In this document: one piece after another, positions 20,878 to 29,693 of the stretch
Layout: the number at the start of each line of letters is the position of its first letter
Numbering within the stretch: position 1 is the first letter of the stretch
Assembly: GCA_027621505.1 (NCBI GenBank)
Contig: JAQCBK010000001.1
Coordinates: forward strand, 15,114-79,113
Reading direction: 5' to 3'
Source: Bacteroidota bacterium
GTDB taxonomy: Bacteria; Bacteroidota; Bacteroidia; Flavobacteriales; Flavobacteriaceae
DNA: 64,000 nucleotides
Notes under the pieces: generated by a model
What the model was told of the DNA's origin: nothing
Database searches by the model: none
What the model saw: only the letters and a program-made list of their open reading frames with translations
Program-made: the position numbers and the translations under genes

Positions 20878-21900
20878 ATGATCAAAACAGACATCATCAT
20901 TATAGGAGCAGGACCCGTTGGACTCTTTACCATTTTTGAAGCAGGACTCATGAAGTTACATTGTCATGTGATTGATGCCATCCCACAAATTGGGGGCCAA
21001 CTCAAAGAAATCTACCCTAAAAAACCGATCTATGATATCCCTGGTTTTCCCAGTATACTGGCGGGAGATTTGATTGATAATTTGGAAAAACAAGCCGAAC
21101 CCTTTCAGCCTGGCTTTACGTTGGGTGAACGAGCGGAAAGCATAGACAAACAAGAAGACGGAACCTTTATCGTTACCACCAACGAAGGAACCCAACATCA
21201 AGCCCCTGCTGTGATTATCGCTGGGGGTTTGGGCAGTTTTGAACCGAGAAAACCGTTGATTGAAAACCTTGAAAAATTTGAGAAAAAGGGGATCGAATAC
21301 ATGGTCAGAGAACCCGAGGCCTTTTTGGAGAAACGTTTGTTTATCTCGGGAGGGGGGGATTCTGCCCTGGATTGGGCCATTTACTTTGCGGAGCAAAGCC
21401 ATTTGCCAGTGGGGCTAGTGCACCGATCCGATATGTTTAGAGCCCATAAAGACTCCGTTCAGCGGGTTTATGAACTCCAAGAAAAGGGTAAAATTGAATT
21501 GTACACCCATGCAGAAGTCAAAGGCGTCAATGGTGATCAAGTATTAGAATCCATCGAATTGCACCAAAAAGACAGATCCCCCAAAAACATTGCGCTAGAT
21601 CATTGGTTGCCCTTGTTTGGTCTGTCCCCAAAACTGGGGCCCATTGGAAAATGGGGATTGGAGATCGAAAAAAACGCCATCAAAGTGGATCATACTTTGG
21701 ATTATCAAACCAACATAGCGGGCGTTTTTGCAGTGGGAGATGTGAATACCTACCCTGGTAAATTGAAACTCATCCTCTGTGGTTTTCACGAGGCTACATT
21801 GGCAGTGCAATCTTGTTATAAGATCGTTAATCCAGATAAAAAGTTTACCATGAAATACACCACTGTACAAGGGATACGGGGCTTTGAAAAAGTGGTATAA
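20878..21900 (+). CDS. Thioredoxin-reductase-like ferredoxin-NADP+ reductase
   Basis: IIIIGAGPVGLF and SGGGDSALDWA dinucleotide motifs. There is no CxxC redox pair. 340 aa. Confidence 0.85.
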   Translation: MIKTDIIIIGAGPVGLFTIFEAGLMKLHCHVIDAIPQIGGQLKEIYPKKPIYDIPGFPSILAGDLIDNLEKQAEPFQPGFTLGERAESIDKQEDGTFIVTTNEGTQHQAPAVIIAGGLGSFEPRKPLIENLEKFEKKGIEYMVREPEAFLEKRLFISGGGDSALDWAIYFAEQSHLPVGLVHRSDMFRAHKDSVQRVYELQEKGKIELYTHAEVKGVNGDQVLESIELHQKDRSPKNIALDHWLPLFGLSPKLGPIGKWGLEIEKNAIKVDHTLDYQTNIAGVFAVGDVNTYPGKLKLILCGFHEATLAVQSCYKIVNPDKKFTMKYTTVQGIRGFEKVV

Positions 21901-21906
21901 TCCCTT

Positions 21907-21990
21907 TTAAAGTCTGGACTGTATCACGGCTACAACACCGAGCACAACACAGACCAAAATGGAAGCCAGTACAATATTTCCTACACCCAT
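21907..21990 (-). CDS. Candidate 27-aa hydrophobic micro-protein (MGVGNIVLASILVCVVLGVVAVIQSRL)
   Basis: ATG is preceded by an A-rich leader (aaaacaaaaaaca), 20 nt downstream of the Ig-like gene stop on the same strand. One predicted TM helix. It is below the ORF-track size cutoff. Confidence 0.3.
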   Translation of the reverse strand: MGVGNIVLASILVCVVLGVVAVIQSRL

Positions 21991-22010
21991 TGTTTTTTGT
22001 TTTAAAGATA

Positions 22011-23756
22011 CTATTTATTTGATATTTCTAGAGAATCAATAACAGAAGGTTCGTTTTCCTTAGGATCTATTCCTAAGGAATCAACCGCTGGAAAAACCGC
22101 CTCCTCTAAATTAATGTCTGAGAGATCTGAAGCTGAAAAACGCTCCACCTCATTGGGTATTTTTAGCTGCTGATTGATCTCCCAATTGGCCCTCAACTCA
22201 ATGGTGTCCGGAGAATAATAAACCATTTCTGGTTGAATTTTTTTCAGATAATTCCCCGTATCCCATTTTTTATTCCCGTTTTTGTCCTTGATGTATCTAA
22301 ACAAATAATTGCCAGGCATTAGGTATTTGAATTCATAAGCATCCAATGAATTGGATGCCTCCACACGTCTCAATGTCCTCCCCTTTAAATCCACCAATTC
22401 CAAAATAAAAGGGTCTGCGTCCTCTCTGAGGATTTGAAGGAAAATGCTTCCATAATCTGCAAGCGGTTGGGTTTTGGCTCGGAATCTTAAAGTATCATTT
22501 GTAGTTCCCCAAAAATCCACCAGTGCATTGGGAAAAAACTCGACTTTATAGTCATCATTAGGCAACCATTCATAAAATAAGGACAATCGATCGAAGTTTT
22601 TGTCAAATGAAGCTTTAAAATCGACGGGCAGTGAGTCCAAGCCCACGATTTTGATCAAATCCAAATCAATTTTTACCAATGGCAAATTCGATTCAATTTT
22701 AAAACTGTCCAACAACCCCATACTCGATGAAGTGAGTGGCTTGATCACCAGTGAATCTCTGTCCACTTTTCCAAATTTAATATTGTAAAGCTTGGTGGTA
22801 TCGGCCTCTTTAATTCCAAACTTCAGGGAGTCTAACTCAGGGCCTCTGAACCAAAAATTCAGGGTATCCGTCTCGCGATTTCGATTGATGAGGTACCTGA
22901 AGTTGGAGGGGACTTCACTTTTCACCACAATGGAATCTATTTCAGGTTCTCCATAGTACCCAAAACCGACTTGATTCCGATTGATAAAGAAAGGCCTCGT
23001 CCAAAAAAGATTTGGAACTTCGTTGAAAATCCGAAAATTCACGATGCTGTCTCCCGGTAAAGTAATGGGCTTTTCCAAAAATCCAATTTTATCGACGTTT
23101 TGATCGAACAGATAATTTCCCCCTACATCCTTGATGGCAATGATTTCATATTTGTCAGGACGAAGATTTCTAAAATGGTAGGCCACAGAATCCAAGGTGC
23201 TGGTGGCATAAAATGGTTTTTTGAGGAAAATGGTGGAATCGCTATAAGTACTGTCAATCGGGTAAAGATGGATGGAGGTATAGGGCTCGGTGATGCGTTC
23301 AAAAGCATCTGTAATCACTCCCTTGATCTCTAGGGAGTCAATGATGGGTCCGGTGGACAGGGCGTAAGTAAAAAAGGGCAATAAATTGCCTTCATTGTTA
23401 TCCACAATGCTTTCTCCAAAATTAAAGGTATAGGTGGTATTGTCTTGGAGGGAATCCAGCAGCTCGATTTGGATTTTCTTGGAAACAGTTCCCTGAGGTT
23501 TGATCTTGTATTGACTAAATTCCATAGGGGGGGAGATAATCAATTGCTTCGTAATATCATTGAGTTTGATAAACTCATCGAAGGTGATGGTAATTTTTTC
23601 TTTATCAAAAAAGACTGTATTCATCTTGGGGGAGGCATTGATCATTACCGGAGGGAGGGTGTCTTTCAATCCCCCTGTTGGGGTTGATTTTCTTGCACAT
23701 TGATAGGTGGAAATCACCGTCAAAAAAAGAAAAAAATACTTTCCTAATTTTCTCAT
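22011..23756 (-). CDS. Ig-like domain lipoprotein (SbsA_Ig-like N-terminus), function unknown
   Basis: Lipobox MRKLGKYFFLFLTVISTYQC. DTLPPVMINASPKMNT is typical of a bacterial Ig-like domain. Start at ATG 23756 is preferred over 23795. Confidence 0.6.
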   Translation of the reverse strand: MRKLGKYFFLFLTVISTYQCARKSTPTGGLKDTLPPVMINASPKMNTVFFDKEKITITFDEFIKLNDITKQLIISPPMEFSQYKIKPQGTVSKKIQIELLDSLQDNTTYTFNFGESIVDNNEGNLLPFFTYALSTGPIIDSLEIKGVITDAFERITEPYTSIHLYPIDSTYSDSTIFLKKPFYATSTLDSVAYHFRNLRPDKYEIIAIKDVGGNYLFDQNVDKIGFLEKPITLPGDSIVNFRIFNEVPNLFWTRPFFINRNQVGFGYYGEPEIDSIVVKSEVPSNFRYLINRNRETDTLNFWFRGPELDSLKFGIKEADTTKLYNIKFGKVDRDSLVIKPLTSSSMGLLDSFKIESNLPLVKIDLDLIKIVGLDSLPVDFKASFDKNFDRLSLFYEWLPNDDYKVEFFPNALVDFWGTTNDTLRFRAKTQPLADYGSIFLQILREDADPFILELVDLKGRTLRRVEASNSLDAYEFKYLMPGNYLFRYIKDKNGNKKWDTGNYLKKIQPEMVYYSPDTIELRANWEINQQLKIPNEVERFSASDLSDINLEEAVFPAVDSLGIDPKENEPSVIDSLEISNK

Positions 23757-23791
23757 AAGGAACAATGTCGACACAAAATAACGCAATATTC

Positions 23792-24496
23792 TCAAGACAA
23801 CCTACTGGCAAGTGATACAATGCTGATGCGCCCTCCACAGCCCTCTAAAATGACCTTCCCACAACTGGAAATCGTTGCTACGGTGGTGATCACATCGTCC
23901 ACCAACAACCAATGCTGGGGAGCGTAATGCCGATCTTTATTGACCCCAAAAGCCTGCTCTACTTCTTTCCATCGGTCCATCTGTTTCATCATTGCCAATT
24001 GACGGGTTTTTTTCTTTCTAAAAACCAAATCGTGGATGACTGGAATTTCCAAATGATGGGCCAATCTCTCCGAAAAAAGCTGAACTTGATTGTATCCACG
24101 CGATTTTTGCCTGGTCGGGTGCAATGGCAATGGAAGAATGGCATCAACCTCTCTAAACACCTCCGACTCTATCAATGGTGGAGCGAGCCAATTCGCCAAA
24201 AAAGCACCGATTTGTTGATTGCCCCGATATTTCAACGCATGCAGTAAAGAAGCAATCCTACTGTTCTTTTGAAAATCGAACAAGGCCACGGCATTTTCTA
24301 CCTGGAGAAATTCATTCATCTTTTGCCACAAGGAGTTGTGCGGATCATTGTAATGAAAGGTTTGGGGGAGAGACATTTGACAATACCAACAAATTACCTT
24401 TTCGTATACAGACAATGGGGAATGGCAAGCTGGGCATAGCTTCGGAAAAAAAAGAGAAACGAACGCACTAAAGCTTCTGCTTAGGGTATTTTTCAT
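23792..24496 (-). CDS. comF: ComF family phosphoribosyltransferase-like protein
   Basis: N-terminal Cys pairs CPAC...CWYC and PRT motif LLVDDVITT. Confidence 0.8.
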   Translation of the reverse strand: MKNTLSRSFSAFVSLFFPKLCPACHSPLSVYEKVICWYCQMSLPQTFHYNDPHNSLWQKMNEFLQVENAVALFDFQKNSRIASLLHALKYRGNQQIGAFLANWLAPPLIESEVFREVDAILPLPLHPTRQKSRGYNQVQLFSERLAHHLEIPVIHDLVFRKKKTRQLAMMKQMDRWKEVEQAFGVNKDRHYAPQHWLLVDDVITTVATISSCGKVILEGCGGRISIVSLASRLS

Positions 24497-24536
24497 CTTA
24501 AAAGATTCAAGGCGTTTTAAAAATACGAAAAAGACT

Positions 24537-24544
24537 TATTTTTG
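24537..24544 (+). promoter_or_regulatory. Candidate -7 promoter element (TATTTTTG) upstream of glyQS
   Basis: Matches TAnnTTTG but ends only 7 nt before the ATG at 24552, which would imply a near-leaderless mRNA. Confidence 0.25.
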
Positions 24545-24551
24545 CCCCATT

Positions 24552-26090
24552 ATGGAACAATCTGAGATCTTTAAAAAGGTAATTTCCCATGCCAAAGAGT
24601 ATGGTTTTATTTTCCAATCCAGTGAAATCTATGACGGTTTAAGTGCCGTATACGATTACGGCCAAAATGGTGTAGCCTTGAAAAAAAACATCCGCGACTA
24701 CTGGTGGAAGGCCATGGTCCAGCTCAATGAAAATATTGTGGGGATCGATGCTGCTATTTTTATGCATCCCACCACTTGGAAAGCCTCGGGGCATGTTGAT
24801 GCCTTCAACGATCCTTTGATCGACAACAAAGACTCCAAAAAAAGATACCGCGCCGATGTCCTCATAGAGGATTATGTCGCCAAGATTGAAAACAAAATCA
24901 ACAAAGAAGTTGCCAAGGCTGCCAAACGTTTTGGCGACGCTTTTGATCAAGCGCAATTCTGCTCCACCAACCCTCGGGTGGTCGAATACCAAACCAAAGC
25001 CGACAGCATTCTCAAACGCATGGGGCAATCTTTGGAAAAGGAAGATTTGGCCGATGTGAAAGCCCTGATCGAGGAACTGGAAATCGCCTGTCCCGAATCG
25101 GGATCCCGCAATTGGACCGATGTCAAACAATTCAATCTGATGTTTGGCACCAAACTGGGCGCCTCTGCCGATACGGCCATGGATCTCTATTTACGTCCCG
25201 AAACAGCACAAGGTATTTTTGTCAACTTCCTCAACGTTCAAAAATCGGGAAGGATGAAACTCCCTTTTGGAATTGCTCAAACGGGAAAAGCATTTAGAAA
25301 CGAAATCGTAGCCCGCCAATTCATTTTTCGCATGCGAGAGTTTGAACAAATGGAAATGCAATTTTTTATCCCTCCGGGAACTCAAAAAGAGTGGTATGAA
25401 CACTGGAAAGAAAAAAGGCTCCAATGGCACCAAGCCCTCGGCTTGGGGAATGAAAACTACCGATTCCACGACCATGAAAAGCTCGCCCACTATGCCGATG
25501 CGGCCACCGATATCGAATTTAATTTTCCTTTTGGTTTTAAGGAGTTGGAAGGCATCCATTCCCGCACCGATTTCGACTTGGGCAATCATGAAAAATATGC
25601 GGGCAAGAAACTACAGTATTTCGACCCAGAACGAAACGAAAACTATGTCCCCTATGTGGTCGAAACCTCCATCGGATTAGATCGGATGTTCTTGGCTGTA
25701 TTTTCTAAATCCTTACAGGAAGAAACACTAGAAGATGGCTCTAAACGTACCGTCCTAAAACTTCCTCCCGTTTTGGCACCCACTCAACTGGCGGTATTTC
25801 CACTGGTCAAAAAAGACGGACTCCCCGAGATTGCCCGAAAAATCGTAGAAGATCTCAAATGGGATTATGCGGTTGCCTATGACGAAAAAGACGCTGTGGG
25901 CAGACGCTAACGCATGCAAGATGCACTGGGAACGCCCTATTGCGTTACCGTGGATCACCAAAGTTTGGAGGACCATACCGTTACCCTCCGAGATCGGGAC
26001 AGCATGACCCAAGAACGCATCGCCATTGATCAACTCGACAAAATGCTTGGGAAAAAACTCTCCATGAGCGAATTGTTGAAAAAGCTTTAA
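24552..26090 (+). pseudogene. glyQS: Glycine--tRNA ligase (dimeric class II type) interrupted by an in-frame TAA at 25908-25910
   Basis: The 452-aa ORF ends ...DEKDAVGRR*. The same frame continues [42 protein letters not shown]... to TAA at 26088-26090. Read-through length is 512 aa, normal for this enzyme. Confidence 0.85.
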
Positions 26091-26143
26091 AATTTTGCTT
26101 CTACTGAGGGGGGTTTGCGTTTTTTCAGCGGTTTTGTTTTTCA

Positions 26144-26151
26144 TAGTTTTG
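26144..26151 (+). promoter_or_regulatory. Candidate -7 promoter element (TAGTTTTG) for xth
   Basis: Matches TAnnTTTG, 13 nt upstream of the TTG start at 26165. Confidence 0.3.
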
Positions 26152-26164
26152 TAAAAAATCGAGT

Positions 26165-26926
26165 TTGAAAATTCTTTCCTACAATGTCAACGGCATCCGT
26201 GCCGCTATCAACAAAGGTTTTGCCGATTGGTTGCGCGCTGCCGACCCCGATGTTTTGTGCTTGCAGGAAACCAAGGCCTTGGCCGAACAAGTCGATACTG
26301 GGATCTTTGAGGAGCTCGGCTACGAGCACCACTGGCATTCTGCTCAAAAAAAGGGTTATAGCGGCGTTGCCATTTTGACCAAAACCCCTCCCCTGAACGT
26401 CCAAGCTGGCACCGGTATTGATCATATGGATTTTGAAGGTCGGGTCATCCGTGCTGATTTTGAAAAAGTGTCGGTCATCAGCCTCTACCTCCCCTCTGGA
26501 ACCAACTTCGACCGCTTGGATTACAAATTCAAGTTTATGGATGATTTTCAAACCTATATCAACACGCTCAAAAAAGAACAACCACATTTGGTCATTTGTG
26601 GCGATTATAATATTTGCCACCGCGCCATTGACATTCATGACCCCATTCGCAACAAAAACGTCTCTGGTTTTTTGCCTGAGGAACGCCAATGGATCGATGG
26701 CTTTATGCAAAGTGGGTTTATCGACTCCTTCCGCCACCTCAACCCCGAACCCCACCAGTACAGTTGGTGGAGCTACCGCGCCAATGCCCGAAACAACAAC
26801 AAGGGTTGGCGCATCGATTACAACCTGGTTAGTGACACCTTAAAAAACAATATCAACCGTGCCTATTTACTCCCCGACGCCCGTCATTCCGACCATTGTC
26901 CTGTGGGGGTAGAACTTCAATTTTAA
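26165..26926 (+). CDS. xth: Exodeoxyribonuclease III
   Basis: MKILSYNVNGIRA...LCLQETK...SDHCPV motifs. Apparent TTG start. Confidence 0.92.
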   Translation: MKILSYNVNGIRAAINKGFADWLRAADPDVLCLQETKALAEQVDTGIFEELGYEHHWHSAQKKGYSGVAILTKTPPLNVQAGTGIDHMDFEGRVIRADFEKVSVISLYLPSGTNFDRLDYKFKFMDDFQTYINTLKKEQPHLVICGDYNICHRAIDIHDPIRNKNVSGFLPEERQWIDGFMQSGFIDSFRHLNPEPHQYSWWSYRANARNNNKGWRIDYNLVSDTLKNNINRAYLLPDARHSDHCPVGVELQF

Positions 26927-26935
26927 ACCGTCATC

Positions 26936-27832
26936 ATGAAAAAAATCATCTCCCTCATTCTCATTGCTTTTACGCTCAATGCCTGTGTTTCCAATCGGGT
27001 GTTCAATGATTTGGAATCTCGCTATGCTGAGCTGAAAGACAATTACAATCGACAAAATAAAACCATTGAAAGCCTCAACGTTAAGTTGAAGGATGTCACT
27101 GAAAAATTGGTCGGATTAGAAACCACCTTGGAAGAAACTGAGGACAGTCTCAACCAAAAACAACAAAACTTGGAAAGGCTGGAATCCTCTTTGGATTTGC
27201 TTAAGAGAAATAGCGAAAGTGCTTTAAAAGAACGCATTGCAGAAAACGAGGCGCTGATGGAAAAAGTTGCAGATCGAGAAAATGAATTGGCCGACCGCAT
27301 GGCGAGGGTTGATGAATTGGAAGGGCTGATCGCCCGCCAAAAAGAAGCCATGCGTAGCCTAAAAGAAAAACTCTCCGATGCGCTATTAAATTTTGAAGAC
27401 AAAGGACTCACCGTTGAAGCCCGAGACGGCAAAGTCTATGTCTCCATGGAAAACAAACTCTTGTTCCGTTCTGGCAGTTGGACGGTTGAAGCGGAAGGCC
27501 AAAGAGCCATCGCCGGATTGGGAAGTGTATTGGCCGACAATCCCGATATTGCCGTACTCATCGAAGGACATACCGACAATGTCCCCTACAGCGGAAAAGG
27601 ACCGCTAAAAGGCAACTGGGACCTCTCCACCAAACGCGCCACCGCCATTGTCAATCAATTGCTTGAAAATCCCGATATCCTCCCCCAAAATCTCACCGCT
27701 GCAGGACGGGGCGAATACCTCCCCATTGCTCCCAACTCCACCAAAGCCGGACGTGCAGCCAATAGAAGAATAGAAGTGGTTTTGAGTCCTCAATTGGACG
27801 AAATCACTCAGATCATCAATACAATAGACTAG
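26936..27832 (+). CDS. OmpA-family lipoprotein with coiled-coil N-terminal half
   Basis: Lipobox LIAFTLNAC, a long heptad-like region, and a C-terminal OmpA motif (GHTDNVPY...NWDLSTKRA...NRRIEVVL). Confidence 0.8.
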   Translation: MKKIISLILIAFTLNACVSNRVFNDLESRYAELKDNYNRQNKTIESLNVKLKDVTEKLVGLETTLEETEDSLNQKQQNLERLESSLDLLKRNSESALKERIAENEALMEKVADRENELADRMARVDELEGLIARQKEAMRSLKEKLSDALLNFEDKGLTVEARDGKVYVSMENKLLFRSGSWTVEAEGQRAIAGLGSVLADNPDIAVLIEGHTDNVPYSGKGPLKGNWDLSTKRATAIVNQLLENPDILPQNLTAAGRGEYLPIAPNSTKAGRAANRRIEVVLSPQLDEITQIINTID

Positions 27833-27835
27833 ATT

Positions 27836-28873
27836 ATGGACTACAATCTTTTACCTAATACTGAAATCAAAGTCAGTAAAATATGCTTGGGTACCATGAC
27901 TTGGGGCAGGCAAAATACAGAAGCCGAAGGGCATGAGCAGATGGATTATGCCGTGGATCAAGGGATCAACTTTTTTGATACAGCCGAAATCTACCCTGTT
28001 CCGGCCAATGCAGAAACACAAGGGGAAACCGAACGCATTATCGGAAGCTGGTTTAAAAAAACCGGCCGACGGGATCAGATCGTTTTGGCCACCAAAATTG
28101 CAGGACCACGAGATTTTACCCAACACATCCGCAAAGATCCAAGTTTTAGCAAGGCCCATATCGATGAAGCGGTAGACAAAAGCCTCAAGAGAATGCAAAC
28201 CGATTATATCGATCTGTACCAACTGCATTGGCCAGAGCGAAATACCAATTTTTTTAGTGTTAGGGGATACGTTCATGACCCCGACGAAGCTTGGCAAGAA
28301 AACTTTGAAGCCGTTTTGGATGCCCTGGAGACCCATATCAAGGCGGGAAAAATCCGACACATCGGACTGTCCAACGAAAATCCTTGGGGCATCATGCGTT
28401 TTTTGCAAGCCGCCAAAAGCCCAGCCACCAAAATGATCACCGTACAAAATCCCTATTCCTTGCTCAATCGCCTCTTTGAAGTGGGCAGTGCCGAAATATG
28501 CCATCGCGAAAATATCGGTTTGTTGCCCTATTCCCCTCTGGCATTTGGGGTCTTGTCGGGAAAATACCGAAACGGTCGGATGCCTGACAACAGCCGTTTG
28601 GCCTTGTTTAAAGGTCTGGCAAGATACAGCGGGGAAAAATCCTTTGAAGCCACAGAGCGTTATGCCGCTTTGGCTGAGGAAGTGGGCCTTTCCCTTACGG
28701 AACTGTCGCTGGCTTTTGTCAACGACCGCAGCTTTGTTACCTCCAATATCATTGGCGCCACCACCATGGAACAACTCAAGGAAAATATCGCCACCCATCA
28801 AGTGAAACTGTCTGAGGAAATTCTCAAAGCCATTGATGCAATCAATGAGGCCATACCCAATCCGGCTCCATAG
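27836..28873 (+). CDS. NADP(H)-dependent aldo/keto reductase (Tas-like)
   Basis: GINFFDTAEIY, DLYQLHWP and IRHIGLSNE motifs. 345 aa. Confidence 0.9.
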   Translation: MDYNLLPNTEIKVSKICLGTMTWGRQNTEAEGHEQMDYAVDQGINFFDTAEIYPVPANAETQGETERIIGSWFKKTGRRDQIVLATKIAGPRDFTQHIRKDPSFSKAHIDEAVDKSLKRMQTDYIDLYQLHWPERNTNFFSVRGYVHDPDEAWQENFEAVLDALETHIKAGKIRHIGLSNENPWGIMRFLQAAKSPATKMITVQNPYSLLNRLFEVGSAEICHRENIGLLPYSPLAFGVLSGKYRNGRMPDNSRLALFKGLARYSGEKSFEATERYAALAEEVGLSLTELSLAFVNDRSFVTSNIIGATTMEQLKENIATHQVKLSEEILKAIDAINEAIPNPAP

Positions 28874-28907
28874 CCTGGTTGGGATATTTGTTGAGCGGTA
28901 AACATCT

Positions 28908-28920
28908 ATAAATATAGTTA
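28908..28920 (-). repeat. Inverted 13-bp partial copy (TAACTATATTTAT) of the 25-bp repeat
   Basis: The reverse complement of 28908-28920 equals 29849-29861 exactly. Confidence 0.7.
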
Positions 28921-28985
28921 GCAAGAATTACCCGTCAAGCCAACAACCGCTTAAAATGTTGTTTTACAACACTTTAAACTTCTTA

Positions 28986-29010
28986 TTAACTACATTTATT
29001 AATGTTAAAT
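28986..29010 (+). repeat. 25-bp direct repeat copy 1 (TTAACTACATTTATTAATGTTAAAT)
   Basis: 24/25 identical to 29848-29872. The single C/T mismatch is at 28993 versus 29855. Confidence 0.85.
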
Positions 29011-29069
29011 GGTGCAATATCTACACCTAGGAGCGAGAGGTCTTGTTCTACGAATACCAAAAAAAATTT

Positions 29070-29077
29070 TAAATTTG
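29070..29077 (+). promoter_or_regulatory. Candidate -7 promoter element (TAAATTTG) in front of the truncated S41-like fragment
   Basis: Matches TAnnTTTG, 22 nt upstream of the ATG at 29100. Confidence 0.3.
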
Positions 29078-29099
29078 TCTCACCAATCTTACCTACCCT

Positions 29100-29441
29100 A
29101 TGAAAAACCTCCTCAATTTTCTTGTTTTTACCCTTTTGCTCCTTCAGCCCTCAGGAGCACAGCAAACAGCAGTTCCCAAATTTGATATAGAAAAAGCAAA
29201 ACAGGATTTAAAAATCTATAAAGAAATAGTGGAAACTGCCCATTCGGGTATCTACCTCTACACTTCAAAAGCGGAATTTGACCTCCTTTTTTCTCAGGCA
29301 AAAACAAAAGTCTCCCTCCTTAATAGTTTCCATGAATTTTACCAACTTTTGGCCGGCCTTCATTCCAAAATCAATTGTGGACATTCCTCTTTTTTGGCTT
29401 CAGGGAATTTATTCTCTGAAATTAAACGGGAAAGCGAAAGC
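29100..29441 (+). pseudogene. N-terminal fragment of an S41-family peptidase (signal peptide plus Peptidase_S41 N-terminal domain only)
   Basis: MKNLLNFLVFTLLLLQPSGAQ signal. The stretch ...ETAHSGIYLYTSKAEFDLLF...FYQLLAGLHSKINCGHSSF resembles the N-terminal domain of roughly 450-aa flavobacterial S41 peptidases. Similarity is lost between about 29390 and 29441. Confidence 0.5.
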
Positions 29442-29605
29442 ATTAGAGTTTTTCCAATGAGTTTGTTTGGCAGATTAGCTATAGGCATTTTCCGTTTTAC
29501 AAATTCCAGCCAAAAAGGTTCAATTTGCCAGGTGTAAAGTCCAGTCAAAAATCCAATTCCAACTGTTCCCCAAAATGTTCGTTTTAAGAATTTTCTTCTT
29601 TTCAT
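29441..29605 (-). pseudogene. N-terminal fragment of a Tat-signal metallophosphoesterase
   Basis: MKRRKFLKRTFWGTVGIGFLTGLYTWQIEPFWLEFVKRKMPIANLPNKLIGKTLM matches the usual N-terminus of this family. The expected (Q)LSD(I/L)H metal motif and the rest of the protein are absent. Confidence 0.5.
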
Positions 29606-29693
29606 TCTAATTGAATAAAATGTTGTAGGTCAGTACTTTAAGTGTTTATTGGGTTTGGCAATTACCCCAAAAAATTTATAAATTTATTAGCCC

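Noticed and set aside
26141-26755. 204-aa minus-strand ORF antisense to xth. Similar antisense ORFs occur at 25755-26144, 24639-25130, 18043-18600, 20956-21402, 4176-4673 and 35372-35854.
   Set aside because: All are embedded antisense or out of frame within genes that have strong motif support, and none shows family-like sequence. I treat them as shadow ORFs.
27851-28924. 357-aa ORF on the minus strand covering the whole aldo/keto reductase gene
   Set aside because: It lies exactly antisense to a well-supported AKR gene. Its translation is low-information (G/F/I-rich), has no recognisable motifs and no promoter-like context. A long open antisense frame is expected when the sense gene rarely uses TTA/CTA/TCA codons.
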